A stretch of 63,247 nt of DNA, counting the filler, from Rhabdomonas costata (taxonomy: Eukaryota), in NCBI GenBank assembly GCA_019059605.1. It is 35 parts of 35 records of this genome, joined end to end, with 100 filler letters (N's around TTAATTAATTAA, not from the genome) between each part and the next. Parts side by side here need not be neighbours in the genome. Positions count along the whole stretch, not along the records: positions 47,061 to 48,769 come from JAHMHO010010267.1; positions 48,870 to 50,578 come from JAHMHO010010268.1; positions 50,679 to 52,387 come from JAHMHO010010269.1; positions 52,488 to 54,198 come from JAHMHO010010270.1; positions 54,299 to 56,007 come from JAHMHO010010271.1; positions 56,108 to 57,816 come from JAHMHO010010272.1; positions 57,917 to 59,628 come from JAHMHO010010273.1; positions 59,729 to 61,437 come from JAHMHO010010274.1; 27 more parts are not named here. One strand, given 5' to 3'. The notes under the pieces are model-generated. The model saw nothing but the letters and a program-made list of their open reading frames with translations, was not told where the DNA came from and ran no database searches. Positions 48,445 through 60,394 of this stretch are shown one piece after another; the first letter of the stretch is position 1; every line of letters begins with the position of its first letter. The translations under genes and the position numbers were made by a program.

Positions 48445-49239
48445 GGTTTTGCTTGGGGTCTCATGGAAAATTCGGTTTCCTGCCTCTTTTGTGAATTCAG
48501 TCGATTTTCTGAGCTGCCCGTCTTTGGGTACCAGGGCACCACAGGTAAACAATGGCAGCACTTGTATGCACCATAACACACGAGTAGAAACAGTGAAAAT
48601 TTTATTCAAAAAGAATAGTATATTCGCCAAAGCATATTAATAATGGGACACCCAATAAAAGTAAAGGCAAGGGAGGTAACGACTTCCTTCCTGTCAAAGA
48701 AGGCAACCGTGCAACCGTCCGGCGGGCGCTGTTTTTATGTCTGTTTTCAAAAACGCGATCACACCAACANNNNNNNNNNNNNNNNNNNNNNNNNNNNNNN
48801 NNNNNNNNNNNNNTTAATTAATTAANNNNNNNNNNNNNNNNNNNNNNNNNNNNNNNNNNNNNNNNNNNNTTTGTGTTGTCGCTATCGGTCCACAAAGTCC
48901 CAAAATATTTAATGCCCCCACCCCAGTGCCAATGCTCAATGCTCAATTTAATGCCCAGTGCCAGTGCTAACTAGAATGCCAGGGAAGGGAAGTGTAGGCT
49001 TTGTGTTGTTGTGATCTCCTGGATCATAAGCACTTTTCCCGGAGGCAATTTCAGCGTTGTTGCCTGGGGTCCGCATCGGTGGGATGCCGAGCCCCCCTAA
49101 AAGAATAGCATATTCAGCAACACTGCCATCGAAAAAATGATTGCACTCAGTAGTTGCAGGAGGTAAGACATAGATGCGCATGCCTCCTGGTATTCTAATT
49201 CCACGTGCCACCTTTTCTTTTTCCAGCTTGAATTCTCAG

Positions 49240-50305
49240 GTCCGCGATCCCCCTCCCTCACAGAGAGCATTCCAGCCGGGGTGCAGGCGCAAGTGGCGCA
49301 GACCGTGTGGTGCGAATCGGGCAGCCCCGCACGCAATACCGCCGGGTCGGCGTGGGAGCGCTGGTGTGGGACAGCGCTCTGGTGCTCGCGCAGTACCTCG
49401 CCGCGATGCCCGTGGCTGCCCTGCTGGACGCCCGCGTGGTGGTGTGCTGGAAATCCGAACCCCACCCCCCACCCTCCTTTGTTTGTGTTGAATTGAATAG
49501 AGTTCGCCGCCAAATCAGACTGAAGCCTGATGAGGGGGCGGTTATGAAATATTTTGTAAAGTTCGATTTTTTTTAATCATAACAGCGTCAGGGTCAGGGC
49601 ACTGACGTCTAGTTCTTTTTTTTTGCGACGTTGAGATGCCGATTGCTTACAACTATTATTATGTTATCTCGGTTGGCAGCTCCTTCCAGACTGATTCTCG
49701 ATTAATGCTAGCTTCGACCCCGCTCACTTGTGTGTCTTCACCTTGTGCATTGCTCAGGAGCTGGGGTCCGGCACCGGCCTAGCAGGGCTGGCCGCGGCCG
49801 CACTGGGGGCCTGTGTTGTTCTTACCGATATCCCCGCCGTGCTTCCGGGGCTGGAGGCCAACCTGGCACTCAACGCCTTCCCACGGGCTAAGGTGAGCCG
49901 GCTGTATCCTCGGTGTCGTGGGAATTAGGGAGTTCAAAGTGGACCTTCCTTGACGTGTACTCCTTAAAGTGCCGTTCGTGGTAGTTTCTGCTCCCTTTTT
50001 CGCTGTTCCGTGTTTGTGGCGAACGTGTGCTGAACTGGTTGAATTGGTTCCCGATGATGTGTCGGCGTCCGGTCACTGAGTTCCTCGAGTGAGTTTGGTG
50101 TGCGGTGCGTCGTTTGCGTCGTCACTTCGTCGATTTTCTTTGGCTCCCCTTCGCGCTGAAGTATGGCCAGGTCTGTGCCCACTGCTGCCGTACTCAGGTG
50201 GAGGCCCTGGACTGGATCGCAGACCTGCGCAAGGCCCGGGCCATGGGCGAGGATGGCGTGGACTGGGTGGTGGCCGCAGACTGCATATACCCCAACGTTC
50301 AAGTG
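49240..50305 (+). CDS. Protein-lysine methyltransferase, METTL21/Methyltransf_16 family, three exons
   Basis: Exons 49240-49441 (..GVGALVWDSALVLAQYL..ARVV), 49758-49892 (ELGSGTGLAGLAAAALGACVVLTD..LEANLALN) and 50198 to about 50305 (VEALDW..DWVVAADCIY). Motif I and the DxxY motif are present; introns are GT-AG. Confidence 0.93.
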
Positions 50306-51172
50306 GTCTGTGGTGGGTGTGTAGCCACGGGAACTTTGTTACGGTTGAGTAATGCAGTGGGATTCTTTGGTGGTCATCCTTCGCGTGTTCAACCCTTGAA
50401 CATCGCTCCAGGCTCCGCGTGCTCAATAATCGGGTGACGGATTTCCTGGACAAAAAACCTTCTATGTGGCTCTCACATGAGCGGAACGAGCGCGCTCTTC
50501 CATCCGAGCTGCCAGATGGAGATAGCGTAGAAGCGGATGAGCCAGAGCAGCATCACCTGCGCCCAGAGCCGGGATTGGNNNNNNNNNNNNNNNNNNNNNN
50601 NNNNNNNNNNNNNNNNNNNNNNTTAATTAATTAANNNNNNNNNNNNNNNNNNNNNNNNNNNNNNNNNNNNNNNNNNNNCAGCAAGGGAGACCAGCTCGGT
50701 TTTTGGGCAATAAAATCAGAGAGCTGCAAAGCAGAATACTTGGCATCCACCCCAGGTCATGCCTTGTGACAGTCGACGAGCATTTCAGTTCTCATATGAA
50801 GAGAAGGAATGAAAATTGCAGAAAAAAATTCCAGTGGCATGTGGCATAGCTCAGCCTCCCGACTAAAAACGACTTAAAATCGCACTCAGAGAGCACCGTA
50901 CATGCTCAGTATTCCAACGCAGCTGTCAAGTGATTCAGCCGCGGACAACTGTAAAGGTAACACCGATGATTCTCAGGAGCCTAGGGAGGCAGCCACAGCA
51001 CGTTTCTCCGCGGGGCGGCATAAAGCGGGCAATCATTCATCCCCCGCCTGTACGCGTGGCATTCCGTTGCTTTACTGCCGCATCTCGCATCTCCCAAATG
51101 ACGTTCTCAGCTCAGCATTGCCGCAGCCGCACAGGAGCCCGAAGCCAGGAATCCGAGCCTTCCAGAAAAAGG

Positions 51173-52366
51173 TCAACCATCAGTGTTGAAGGAAGGTTGG
51201 GGTTCAGTTGGCTGTAGTGAGCAATGCATTTGGGATGCATCCGTTGCCCGTTCGGGTTCTCCAATCAAAATGATATTCCTTTCGGAGGGCTCACCCATCA
51301 AAGTTTTGATCCTACGCATTACGGCTCCAGCAGACGGCCTTGAAGCTGCACGACGAGAAGACACAAGCTCTTCTGCGGTGGTGTGCTTCGCCAGAAGGTC
51401 AAGAAGTGGCTGTGAAGTTGCCCGAGTGGTGGATTGCAAGAGGGCATGATTCAGCTCCCACAAGTTCAAAGAAGGTCTGGGAGGTGACTGAAAGATTTCC
51501 GTCCCCAAAATAAGCACCATACCGAACGGTTGCTTTGAGGAAGGAGGCTCTGAAGGATGCCAGTCAAGACGCCAGTTGCCCAAAGTAGGGACTTCGGCAC
51601 GCTTGGTTCGGGGTGAGTGCACCATATCAAATGGCGACGGAAACCCCTGAAGAAAGGGCGCAGCCCAGCGTCGCGGGAGATCGACAACGGCATTAACCTG
51701 TAGCGATATCCGCTCCATTCGAAATGGCTTTCCAAGGACACTGGTTAGAGACATGACACCCAAGTTCGCAGTAGGGGAGACTTGATGCGCTGCCATCGTT
51801 GAGACAGAAGAATGATAAGCAAAAAAAGGCTCGACAGTCATAGTCCAGAGACGCTTCTGGTACCGGGTATCAGGTAGCATCAGCACACCCAGGGAACAGG
51901 ATGTGAGTGCGGCACCTGATTGTCGACACATGTCCGAAGAACAGCGAACAGCGGAACTCGCAAACTTTTCTGAGAACTGTTGAGCGGCACCTGTCATCCC
52001 AGCGCACATACTTTGGGGCAAGTCCTCGTAAAACAGAGACAAGAACGTCAGGAAGGAAGCAGTGCGTGGTTGGAGCGGGGAACGCAACTGCGGCCCTTTA
52101 GCTTGTCGAGGGGTGTGGGTAAAGCCTGCGGCTTGCGGCATCATGTGCATACCACATAAGTGAACGTCCAGCAATGGAGTGCAAGACAAATACCTGGATA
52201 TCTTCGTGGTGGCCAGGAACAAACAAAACTCCAATCCACTGACCCGTTGGGATTCTGTTGTTGCTTCCGACGAACTCCAAGCTTGTCTAGAGGTGCGCGT
52301 CAAGCTTGTGCTCTTTTGCATCCTCCTCAACACATGCAAGTTGCCAATCGGAACAACCCGCGGCAC
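51173..52366 (-). CDS. Long ORF (397 codons), unknown function
   Basis: Longest stop-free frame here without a recognisable domain. Codon bias is weak and true boundaries are unknown. Confidence 0.3.
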   Translation of the reverse strand: MPRVVPIGNLHVLRRMQKSTSLTRTSRQAWSSSEATTESQRVSGLEFCLFLATTKISRYLSCTPLLDVHLCGMHMMPQAAGFTHTPRQAKGPQLRSPLQPRTASFLTFLSLFYEDLPQSMCAGMTGAAQQFSEKFASSAVRCSSDMCRQSGAALTSCSLGVLMLPDTRYQKRLWTMTVEPFFAYHSSVSTMAAHQVSPTANLGVMSLTSVLGKPFRMERISLQVNAVVDLPRRWAAPFLQGFPSPFDMVHSPRTKRAEVPTLGNWRLDWHPSEPPSSKQPFGMVLILGTEIFQSPPRPSLNLWELNHALLQSTTRATSQPLLDLLAKHTTAEELVSSRRAASRPSAGAVMRRIKTLMGEPSERNIILIGEPERATDASQMHCSLQPTEPQPSFNTDG

Positions 52367-52633
52367 AAAGGAAGGAGAGTGCCTCGANNNNNNNNNNNNN
52401 NNNNNNNNNNNNNNNNNNNNNNNNNNNNNNNTTAATTAATTAANNNNNNNNNNNNNNNNNNNNNNNNNNNNNNNNNNNNNNNNNNNNTTTTGTTTGGCGG
52501 CCATTGTCACCTTGCATTGGCTTTCCCCCCTCTTTTCATCCTACTTTTAACTGCGCACACGAAGCGCCCCATCATTGTTTTAACAACCGGTCTCTACATG
52601 TGTGCGTATCTTTTTTCTTCGTTCTTGTGGTAG

Positions 52634-53821
52634 GTCAGCATCCCCGATGAAGTCTCGAAGCTGCACACCCTTCCCCCGCCCGTGGTGACAGACCTGAACG
52701 GCGACGGGAAGAACGAGGTTGTCCTGCTGACCTCTCGAGAGACCCTCGCGGTGGTCAACCCCCGACACATTCGCCGTAGCCTTTTTGAGTTCACAGAGCT
52801 GTACGCCGCCAGCGAGGCGCTTCTTCCCTCGCCATGCATCGGCTTTTCCACAGGCTTGGCCTTTCATCCCCCCTTCCATCCCTTACTGGTTTTTATCTTG
52901 ATTCTTATCTGATCCCTGTCAGCGAATATGAGACCCCCCTCTCTTACCCACGCAACCGATCCCAAATTGCCCAACACGCAAAAGACAAATGAACCAGGCT
53001 GCATCATGATACCATTCAAGAGAGAGAGAGAGAGCCCTGCCCAATCCTGTAATACTGTCTTCCCAAGGTGCTAGACCTTTAATAAAGGAAATTGCTGAGG
53101 TTAATACAATACATTCTCGGTGTTCCCCCTCTTCCTGACCATCCTTCCAGGACCAACAGTGGTCTTGGTGCCGCTAACTCGCTTCTGCTGGGTGTGAATG
53201 TGTCAGGGTCGCCACAGCCAAGTTGAGAGAGGCACCCAGCGACACACCAGAAAATGCGGATCGTCGACGACCATCCTTGTTGGTCACATCAGTTGCTGTT
53301 CAAAGATTTTTTAGTTTTCTTTTCTGCAGGCTACGTGGAAAAGTACGAGGAGGGCTCGCGCCGCACCCGCGAGCAGATCATCGTCGCTGTGACGGAGGAC
53401 TACATGGTGTACGCCTACTCCGCCGACCTGCGCCGGCTGTGGCTGCAGAGGCTGCCCGAGGTGGATGAGAGCCTCTTCACCCCAACCCACGCGTCGGTGC
53501 TGATCCTCCCGCACGACGTGCACCAGGCGGACCGCGGGATGGTGGTGGTCGGGGTGGACACTCAGAAACTGGTGTGCTGGATTGCTTGTGGGCCCCATAG
53601 AGAAACTGGGAAGGGCTGGTGAAGGGGATGCCTGATCTGCGAGAGTTGGGCGCCTGTCAAGTGCGAGATGGGGACCCTGTGAGCATTATTTGAATGGAGC
53701 CTCTCTCACACATACTACTTTTTCAAGAGCCATTGCTTCTGGGTAGATCGGATGTAGGCGTCCATGACGAAGTTCCAAAACAAACCGCCCGCTTTTCTGC
53801 TTGAGACTCTGCTTCGCTTCC

Positions 53822-53858
<37 letters not shown>

Positions 53859-53963
53859 GATTTCCTTTTTTTTTCGCAGGACTTGGACGGAGCTCAGGCA
53901 GCCGCCCCTGGGACGGAGGCCCCGGGAAGCGTCCATTTCAGCTACTACGGCCTCAACGCGGCG
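52634..53963 (+). CDS. FG-GAP-repeat beta-propeller protein, three internal exons
   Basis: Exons 52634-52853 (LPPPVVTDLNGDGKNEVVLLT..GFST), 53330-53571 (GYV..EQIIVAVTEDYMVYAYSADLRRLW..DRGMVVVG) and 53880-53963 (..HFSYYGLNAA). Contains a DxNxDG Ca-binding loop; the first intron is GC-AG. Confidence 0.85.
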
Positions 53964-54299
53964 GTGTCATATTTGTCCATATTTACACGGACCTCCCCCA
54001 CCAGCACTGCCACCTGCATTTAAAAAGCTCGACACTCTGGTCGACTAGAGATTTTGGCGTCGGCCAGGCTTTGGAGTTGGCGGAGAGTTTACAGTCGCTT
54101 TGCTACTGCCACTGGAATTTTCCCAAGCAGGTGACAAACAACTGGACCAAAGCCGAACCTCTGGAAACGTCTACGCTGGAACTTGCACACCACAAACANN
54201 NNNNNNNNNNNNNNNNNNNNNNNNNNNNNNNNNNNNNNNNNNTTAATTAATTAANNNNNNNNNNNNNNNNNNNNNNNNNNNNNNNNNNNNNNNNNNNNT

Positions 54300-56007
54300 G
54301 TTTTTGGTTTCATTTTTGGAGGTTTGTCCGTTGTTGCGGCCGGTTGTCTCGTTGGTTTTGATGCTTCGCTCAGCGGAAGCGTTTTCGGAATCTGCTTTGC
54401 CCTCAGCATAGTGCATTTGCTTATGGTTCGATGGCAGCTGCGCCAGTGTCTTTCCAGCAACTTGGAGGAAAGCAGCTGGTTGTGGACGGAGGTTCGGGAC
54501 GTCCAGGAGGAGCTCGCCGGTCTTCGGCTACAGTGCCAGGATAACCTAATGAAGTTCCTGAGCAACCTATCTCACGAGATAAACACCAACCTGAATGCTA
54601 TCACGGGGGCGGCACAGGTGAACGTCGAAATTCATTATTCTGTTTATCTTTGGTGTTTCGAATGGCCAAATGGGCATAACCTTTGGTTTTTCACGTCTCA
54701 TTGAGGTTGTCCGGTTGAGGAATCAGGAAGCAGTGATAGTAATGTGAATTTTGCCTTCTGGTCGTCTCGTTTTGTTGCTTTGCTGATGGCTGTGAAGTTT
54801 TTCATTACCCGAGTTCCTTGTTGGACCTTGAAGCAGTACGAGCTTTTTGCGGAAATACTGCTGCCTTTTTGCTTTTGCAGATGATTGGGGGGAAAGACGA
54901 CAAAGAGATGGTGAAGGTCATCATGCACGCCTCTAGGGTGATGGCCAACCTTGTTACTGATTTTGCGGACCTCCATGAGTGTTCGCAAAATCAGCTTGCT
55001 CTGAGCATGCAGCCGTTTTCCCTCTCCTCTTTGGTTGCTCAGCTTCAACAGCTGTTTGATGGTGAAGCCCGGCGGATGGGCGTGCAGCTGCTGTTTGAAG
55101 CTCCTTCCAATGATCTCCCCCCTCAGATTGTTGGCGATTTCGCTCGGCTCAGCCAAGTCATCATTAATCTGCTTTGCAATGCCATGCTTGCTGTTCAAGT
55201 GTGCCCGCCACCGCGTCGTGTGCGTGTTTGCTTCACCAATGATGGCGAAAACATGGTTCGAGTCTTGGTGGAGGACAATGGCTGCGGCATTCCTGTGGAG
55301 GAACAGCACAAACTGTTTCGCCCGTTTTCGCGGGTGCATTCGGGAGCTCCCAACAGCCACACTGCCCCTGGCTGTGGTTTGGGGCTGTGCTTGTGCCAAC
55401 TTCTTGTGGAGCAGATGGGGTTTGCTTGCATCTTTTCCTGCCGCCATTTTTCGCTCCTGTTTTTTCTTTTTTTGTTGATTTTCAGAAGTTGTTCTGCCCG
55501 AAAATGCAAGGCTGGAATCCTGTGCCATTATCATACGAGAGTTGCGCACTGGCTCGAACGTGTGCAGTGTTGGACTTATGTGGGGAGAAAACCGACGGAT
55601 GAAGGACATGAAATAAAGGGGCGACCTTTGTGTTTCCTTCGCAGGGGAGACATTTCCCTCTTCAGCGTGGTGGGCAAGGGCACCACCGTGAGCTTCACCT
55701 TCCCCGCGCTGACGGACTCAATGAATGACTTCTCGCACTCCCCGCTGCTCACCATTCCTTTGCTGCGGCTGGACGTGCACAGCAGGATGTTCCGTGCCCC
55801 TGTCTCCGCCCGCACGCCCTCCACCTCGACCTCTGCGGGCAGTGCGGGCAGCGCCCGCAGCTGGCTGCGCACCATGCCATTCCGTAATGCTCCCTCCACC
55901 TCCACCCTCCACAGCGCGGGGTCCAACAAGCGGCCCTCTCGGGGCTCCGCCACGGGATCGGCCTCCCCTCCTCTGGCGGACCTCCCGGGATTCATCAGGA
56001 GCACCAG
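54300..56007 (+). CDS. Membrane sensor histidine kinase (HisKA + HATPase_c), partial
   Basis: Exons <54300-54617 (TM helices, FLSNLSHEINTNLNAITG), 54881-55419 (IVGDFARLSQVIINLLCNA..VEDNGCGI..LFRPF..GCGLGL..LVEQMG) and 55645->56007 (GDISLFSVVGKGTTVSFTFP, then a Ser-rich linker). H, N, G1, F and G2 boxes are all present. Confidence 0.95.
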
Positions 56008-56508
56008 NNNNNNNNNNNNNNNNNNNNNNNNNNNNNNNNNNNNNNNNNNNNTTAATTAATTAANNNNNNNNNNNNNNNNNNNNNNNNNNNNNNNNNNNNN
56101 NNNNNNNATTTTTTTTTTTTCCCCCCCCCCCCCCCATGGCAGCTGTTGATTCTCATCCACTCTGATGTGCAGCTTCTTACTCTCCCTCTCTCAGGTTAGG
56201 TACGTGAACAGCAGCTTCATTACTTGGCTGCACCGGTGCTTTGCCAACCTCTGCCCATTGTAACATGGACCACGCCAAAACTTTGTCGATACACGTCCTT
56301 CCTGCGCATCGGACACAGTGGCCGACAGAGTGGCTTTGTATCCAAAAACTGGGCGTGCACGCCACAACACGTAGACAAGTCAGCAAGCGGCTTTCATACG
56401 CTATCCCGGTTTCGCTTGTCTGACTCAGCGTCTGCACTCAGAAAATGAGAGAGAGAGGGGGGGGGGCAGGTGTATGTATGTGTGTGCGTGTGTGGTTGGG
56501 CAGCGGAC

Positions 56509-57647
56509 CAAGAGGTCGAAGTGGAAGTGTACGATAGGGGCGAACTCGTCTACGGCGCTGACCACGGAGCTGCACGACAAATGCTCCAGCACCGCCGCCA
56601 GAGCTGAGCGAAGAAGAAAGCAGGGCCATGCTTGCGGGCTTCTGCTGCTGTTCAAGAACAAGCTCATAATTGCCGCCCTTGCTGCACAGGCATGCCGATC
56701 GTGCTCACGCAGCGTTTCCGTCAAGTGGATCTGGACTTGCATGGAGTGACGCGACCAAAATATGCAAAACTTGCGGTTCGTGCAACCGCAGCAACCTGTT
56801 GTGCATTCGAAGCGCTTTAGACGGGATTTCGGTGACTCCAAGCTCTCTGTCTCGTAACATAACGGACTTTCTGACATGCCCGTCCCCAACCTCATCCCCT
56901 AAAACGCACCAAGACGAAAGGGAACAAAGGCAGAGCGACAGTGCTTGAGAAGCACACAAAAGGAAGAAGAATAACACCTTGGCAGAACGAGGTCGGAGAG
57001 AACGCCGCGGTGTCCATTCGTAGGGCAATGGTGATGTTCGGGCTGGTCTCCGTAGGGTACCCTGAGAGAGCCACCCGACCTCACTTCCCATTTCGTGCCC
57101 AAACGCAGTCCTAAAACGTACCCAAATGCGTCCCAAGAGCGAAGTCAACGAAGTGAGGGTCGACAGATGGCGAAAAAGAAAGGGTCTTTCTTCCCTGTCT
57201 TCCACCAAAGCGACAATCAAAAATGTATCAAACTATATAAGGTCAAGCTGGCCCTTTTTTTTTGAGCGGGTGCGTTTGCCCTTTGGGGGGGGGGGCGCGT
57301 CCCGAATTTCCAAAGGTCCGAACGCACAACTTTTTCCATGAATGATCAGAAATGACGGTAGAATAAAATGTCTGCCCGCCCTTTTGTCTGGCAAGGCCCA
57401 GCAAGGTCAATTCCAAACAACCCCCTGCCCAAGTACAACTGTCCCCGGACCTAGGGTCTCAAAGGATAGGGCCCTGATCGCCAGAGGGTCCTTCGCAAGG
57501 AAGTACCCCGCGGAGCCTGCCACGGCATCCCGAACCAGCCCGGGGTCTGGGCGGGCGGTGTACGCCGTGGTACCATTCAGCCACACCGTCCATTGCACGG
57601 TGGCCCCCGAAATCACCACTCCGGGATCGGTACAGGACGCAGCCGCC
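56509..57647 (-). CDS. Hypothetical (possibly extracellular) protein, three internal exons
   Basis: Exons 57647-57451, 57061-56978 and 56603-56509 all have CAG acceptors, GT donors and mutually consistent phase-1 joins: ..VQWTVWLNGTT..FETL|GYPTETSPNITIALRMD..FCQ|ALAAVLEHL..HFHFDLL. Confidence 0.6.
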
Positions 57648-57932
57648 CTGGGAGCCCAAAAGCGAAAAAAGGACGCGCTTCAAAGGCAAGGACGACGGAC
57701 GACACTACCAAAAGAAGACACCAAGAGCCGCGCGTTTCGAGTTTCACTATTTTTCAGACACAAAGAAAGAACTTCCCGACATGCCAATGTGGTTTGAAGG
57801 AACCACTAGTCATTAGNNNNNNNNNNNNNNNNNNNNNNNNNNNNNNNNNNNNNNNNNNNNTTAATTAATTAANNNNNNNNNNNNNNNNNNNNNNNNNNNN
57901 NNNNNNNNNNNNNNNNACAGCAACGGGAGCGA

Positions 57933-58565
57933 GTGAGAGAGGCAGGGAACGTGAGAGAGAGGGCCAGGAGCCGAGAGCAGAGAAGGGTCGGGGAAAGATG
58001 GCGGCGGGGATCAAGCACGGAGTATCCAGGGAGAACAGAGACGCAGAGCAGGAGAGGCCGGCGGCAGGAAAGAGACCCCCGACACTCCCAGGGGCGAGAC
58101 ATGAAAGCCGCCCCAGGCGTGAGATGCTGGCACGGGACTTCATGCAAGTTCCAACGGTGTCCGTTTGTGCACTCGAGTGTGCAAGTTCCAACGGGAGGAG
58201 CACCTAAAACAAACCCGCGCAGAGACGGACCCTGTGCGCAGAAGTAAAAGCGGACCATCGAGCATCGCAAGAAATCAGAGCCCTTTGGCTTTTCCGTTAG
58301 CCCTAGTGCGATTGGTCACTCCTATGCGCCCGAGACAACATCGGGCCCTAGTGCGAGTGGCCACGAGTTGGCCCTGGTTTTATGGCCAACGGGAAGCCAA
58401 AGTACTCGTAGACGCACCAGGGGCAAGGAGTCAGTGACGCAACCTCGAGGTGCCGGAGGCTCAGCGGAAGAGGGCAGGAATAGCCCAACGAAACTATAGA
58501 GCGATGCGCTGGCACGGCAACGCCTGTAGATACCAGTGGTGTCCCTGCCCGTTCACCCATCCGAA
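57933..58565 (+). pseudogene. Degenerate ORF with two CCCH-type zinc-finger motifs
   Basis: CWHGTSCKFQRCPFVH (58125-58172) and RWHGNACRYQWCPCPFTH (58507-58560) lie in different frames with a stop between. The second copy has lost its first Cys. Confidence 0.5.
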
Positions 58566-59301
58566 AGAAAAGCTCCAAGGGTCGTTCCCACAAAAAAAGG
58601 CCCCAGCCCCCCAAGGAAGGAGTGTGGAGTCGCAGAGACCTGAGCCGCAATGGAACAATGCAGGTAGCCGCTGGAAAATAGCAGCTGCGCGACAATGGCC
58701 CGGGACCCGTGGGGCAGAAGGGAGGTTGCAATGTTTGAGAACGTTCGGCAGTGAGCCGGTTTCGGTTCCCCACGGCACCGTTCGCTCCAGCGGCACCTCT
58801 CGCGAGCACCCGTGGCCAACAGCGCGTGCGCCCGTTAGTCCACAGTGGTCACCAACAACCAGTCAACCAGTCAACCAGGCAACAGCCAGCGCGCAATGCG
58901 CCCAACACACACGCACCTGAAGGAGAGCGAATTTGGAAAGAAAAGCTGCCCCAACCACGAAGAAGTAATGATCAATGGATGACTGTAAAAGCTGAACCAT
59001 TTGCGGATCCGAAGGGGATTTTCTTCCATTTTCTTCCGTTTTTTTGATGATCCATTATTTTCTTGGGGAAAAAGATCCGTAGCTGGTCAGTTGTGAATCC
59101 GATGAATTGATACTTTCTGACACACACTCATACATACACACACACAACTCGAAAACCCCTCTCCGGCAATCGGTTTCTGAACATTGAATCTTTTTTGGTG
59201 GTGTTTTCCGGATTTTTTTTGACAAATAACATTTTACCGAAAGAAGGCCCCCACCATTTCTCCTCTTGCCCCAGCAAGTTTTGTACTTTTGGTCAGCGAC
59301 A

Positions 59302-59507
59302 ATGTCATCGTTGCAGATTCCCATTGCCGTCGCCACTCCTTGCCAGCCGTCGTCTGTGGCATCTGCACCTGGGACTGCGTTGAACCGTCTCCCAATTTCA
59401 ATCCCGCCACCGGAGCCTGCCTTCGTTTTGCAGCGGTGGTGGGTGAGCGCACTGCTCATCGCTTCTGGGTCACTAGGTTCGGCTATCCTCGGACTGCTGG
59501 TATCCCA
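59302..59507 (+). CDS. Putative first exon of a membrane protein
   Basis: MSSLQIPIAVATPCQ..QRWWVSALLIASGSLGSAILGLLVS contains a hydrophobic helix. A pyrimidine tract and CAG lie 5 nt before the ATG; GTACGT donor. Confidence 0.4.
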
Positions 59508-60394
59508 GTACGTTCCCATAATACTGCAGAATGGAAACAAGTGTGTGTTTTGTTTCACACGTCTTCCACTTCATCTCACACCCTTTGTATTGCATGTGGT
59601 TCTGGTTTCAGCCTCTCACCCCCCCCCCNNNNNNNNNNNNNNNNNNNNNNNNNNNNNNNNNNNNNNNNNNNNTTAATTAATTAANNNNNNNNNNNNNNNN
59701 NNNNNNNNNNNNNNNNNNNNNNNNNNNNATCCGCGCGTTCTCAACGTCTCCCAGCGGGTTTGTTGGGGTCTGGGCGTTCCCCTCCTTCACAAGAATGTTT
59801 ACTCAGAAAGTTTGTGCGACACTTCCGGCCCGTTAGCTTGCGTTTTGGCAAATTCGTTGTCTGAAAGAAGCCCCTGGTGTCCAACAGTGGGTACTTGACA
59901 CCATCAACCAGTTGATTGAAGTGAAAAAAACTTTCACCACTAGTCTAACGGGAAGCGTTCCCGGGATTTACCTTGCTTCTTAGCTTAGTTGCCTGCTTCC
60001 GACAGACGGCGAAAATGAAGCACCCAATGTGCTGCCCCCCACCTACCGACCCCAGGTCTTATTTAGATCCGTTTATACGGCTGCCTGCACAACATAATCG
60101 AACACATTCTTTATCTCACAGTCTCTGAGTTTGTCGCGAGCTGTTGACGTTGTGCTTTTCCTAATCTTTCTTTTGTGTGCTGCAACTGCCTTCTCGCAGC
60201 GACCCCTGAAAATAGAGTGGTCAGGGGAGGATCGGTGAACCTTGGTCTTGTCTTGAAATGCTTCCCTCCGTATCGCCCATGGTTTATTGCGGTGCGCTTC
60301 TGGCAGTGCGGCTGGTTTGCCATTCATCGGATGCGAGCACAACGAAAGCCTTCCTCTTCTGCGGATGCAAATCTCTTTCCCATTCTCCTGAAAG

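Noticed and set aside
54818..56059. 413-aa ORF as an intron-less, possibly bacterial, kinase
   Set aside because: It includes intron sequence at both 54818-54880 and 55420-55644, and the H-box is on a separate upstream exon, so the gene is eukaryotic.
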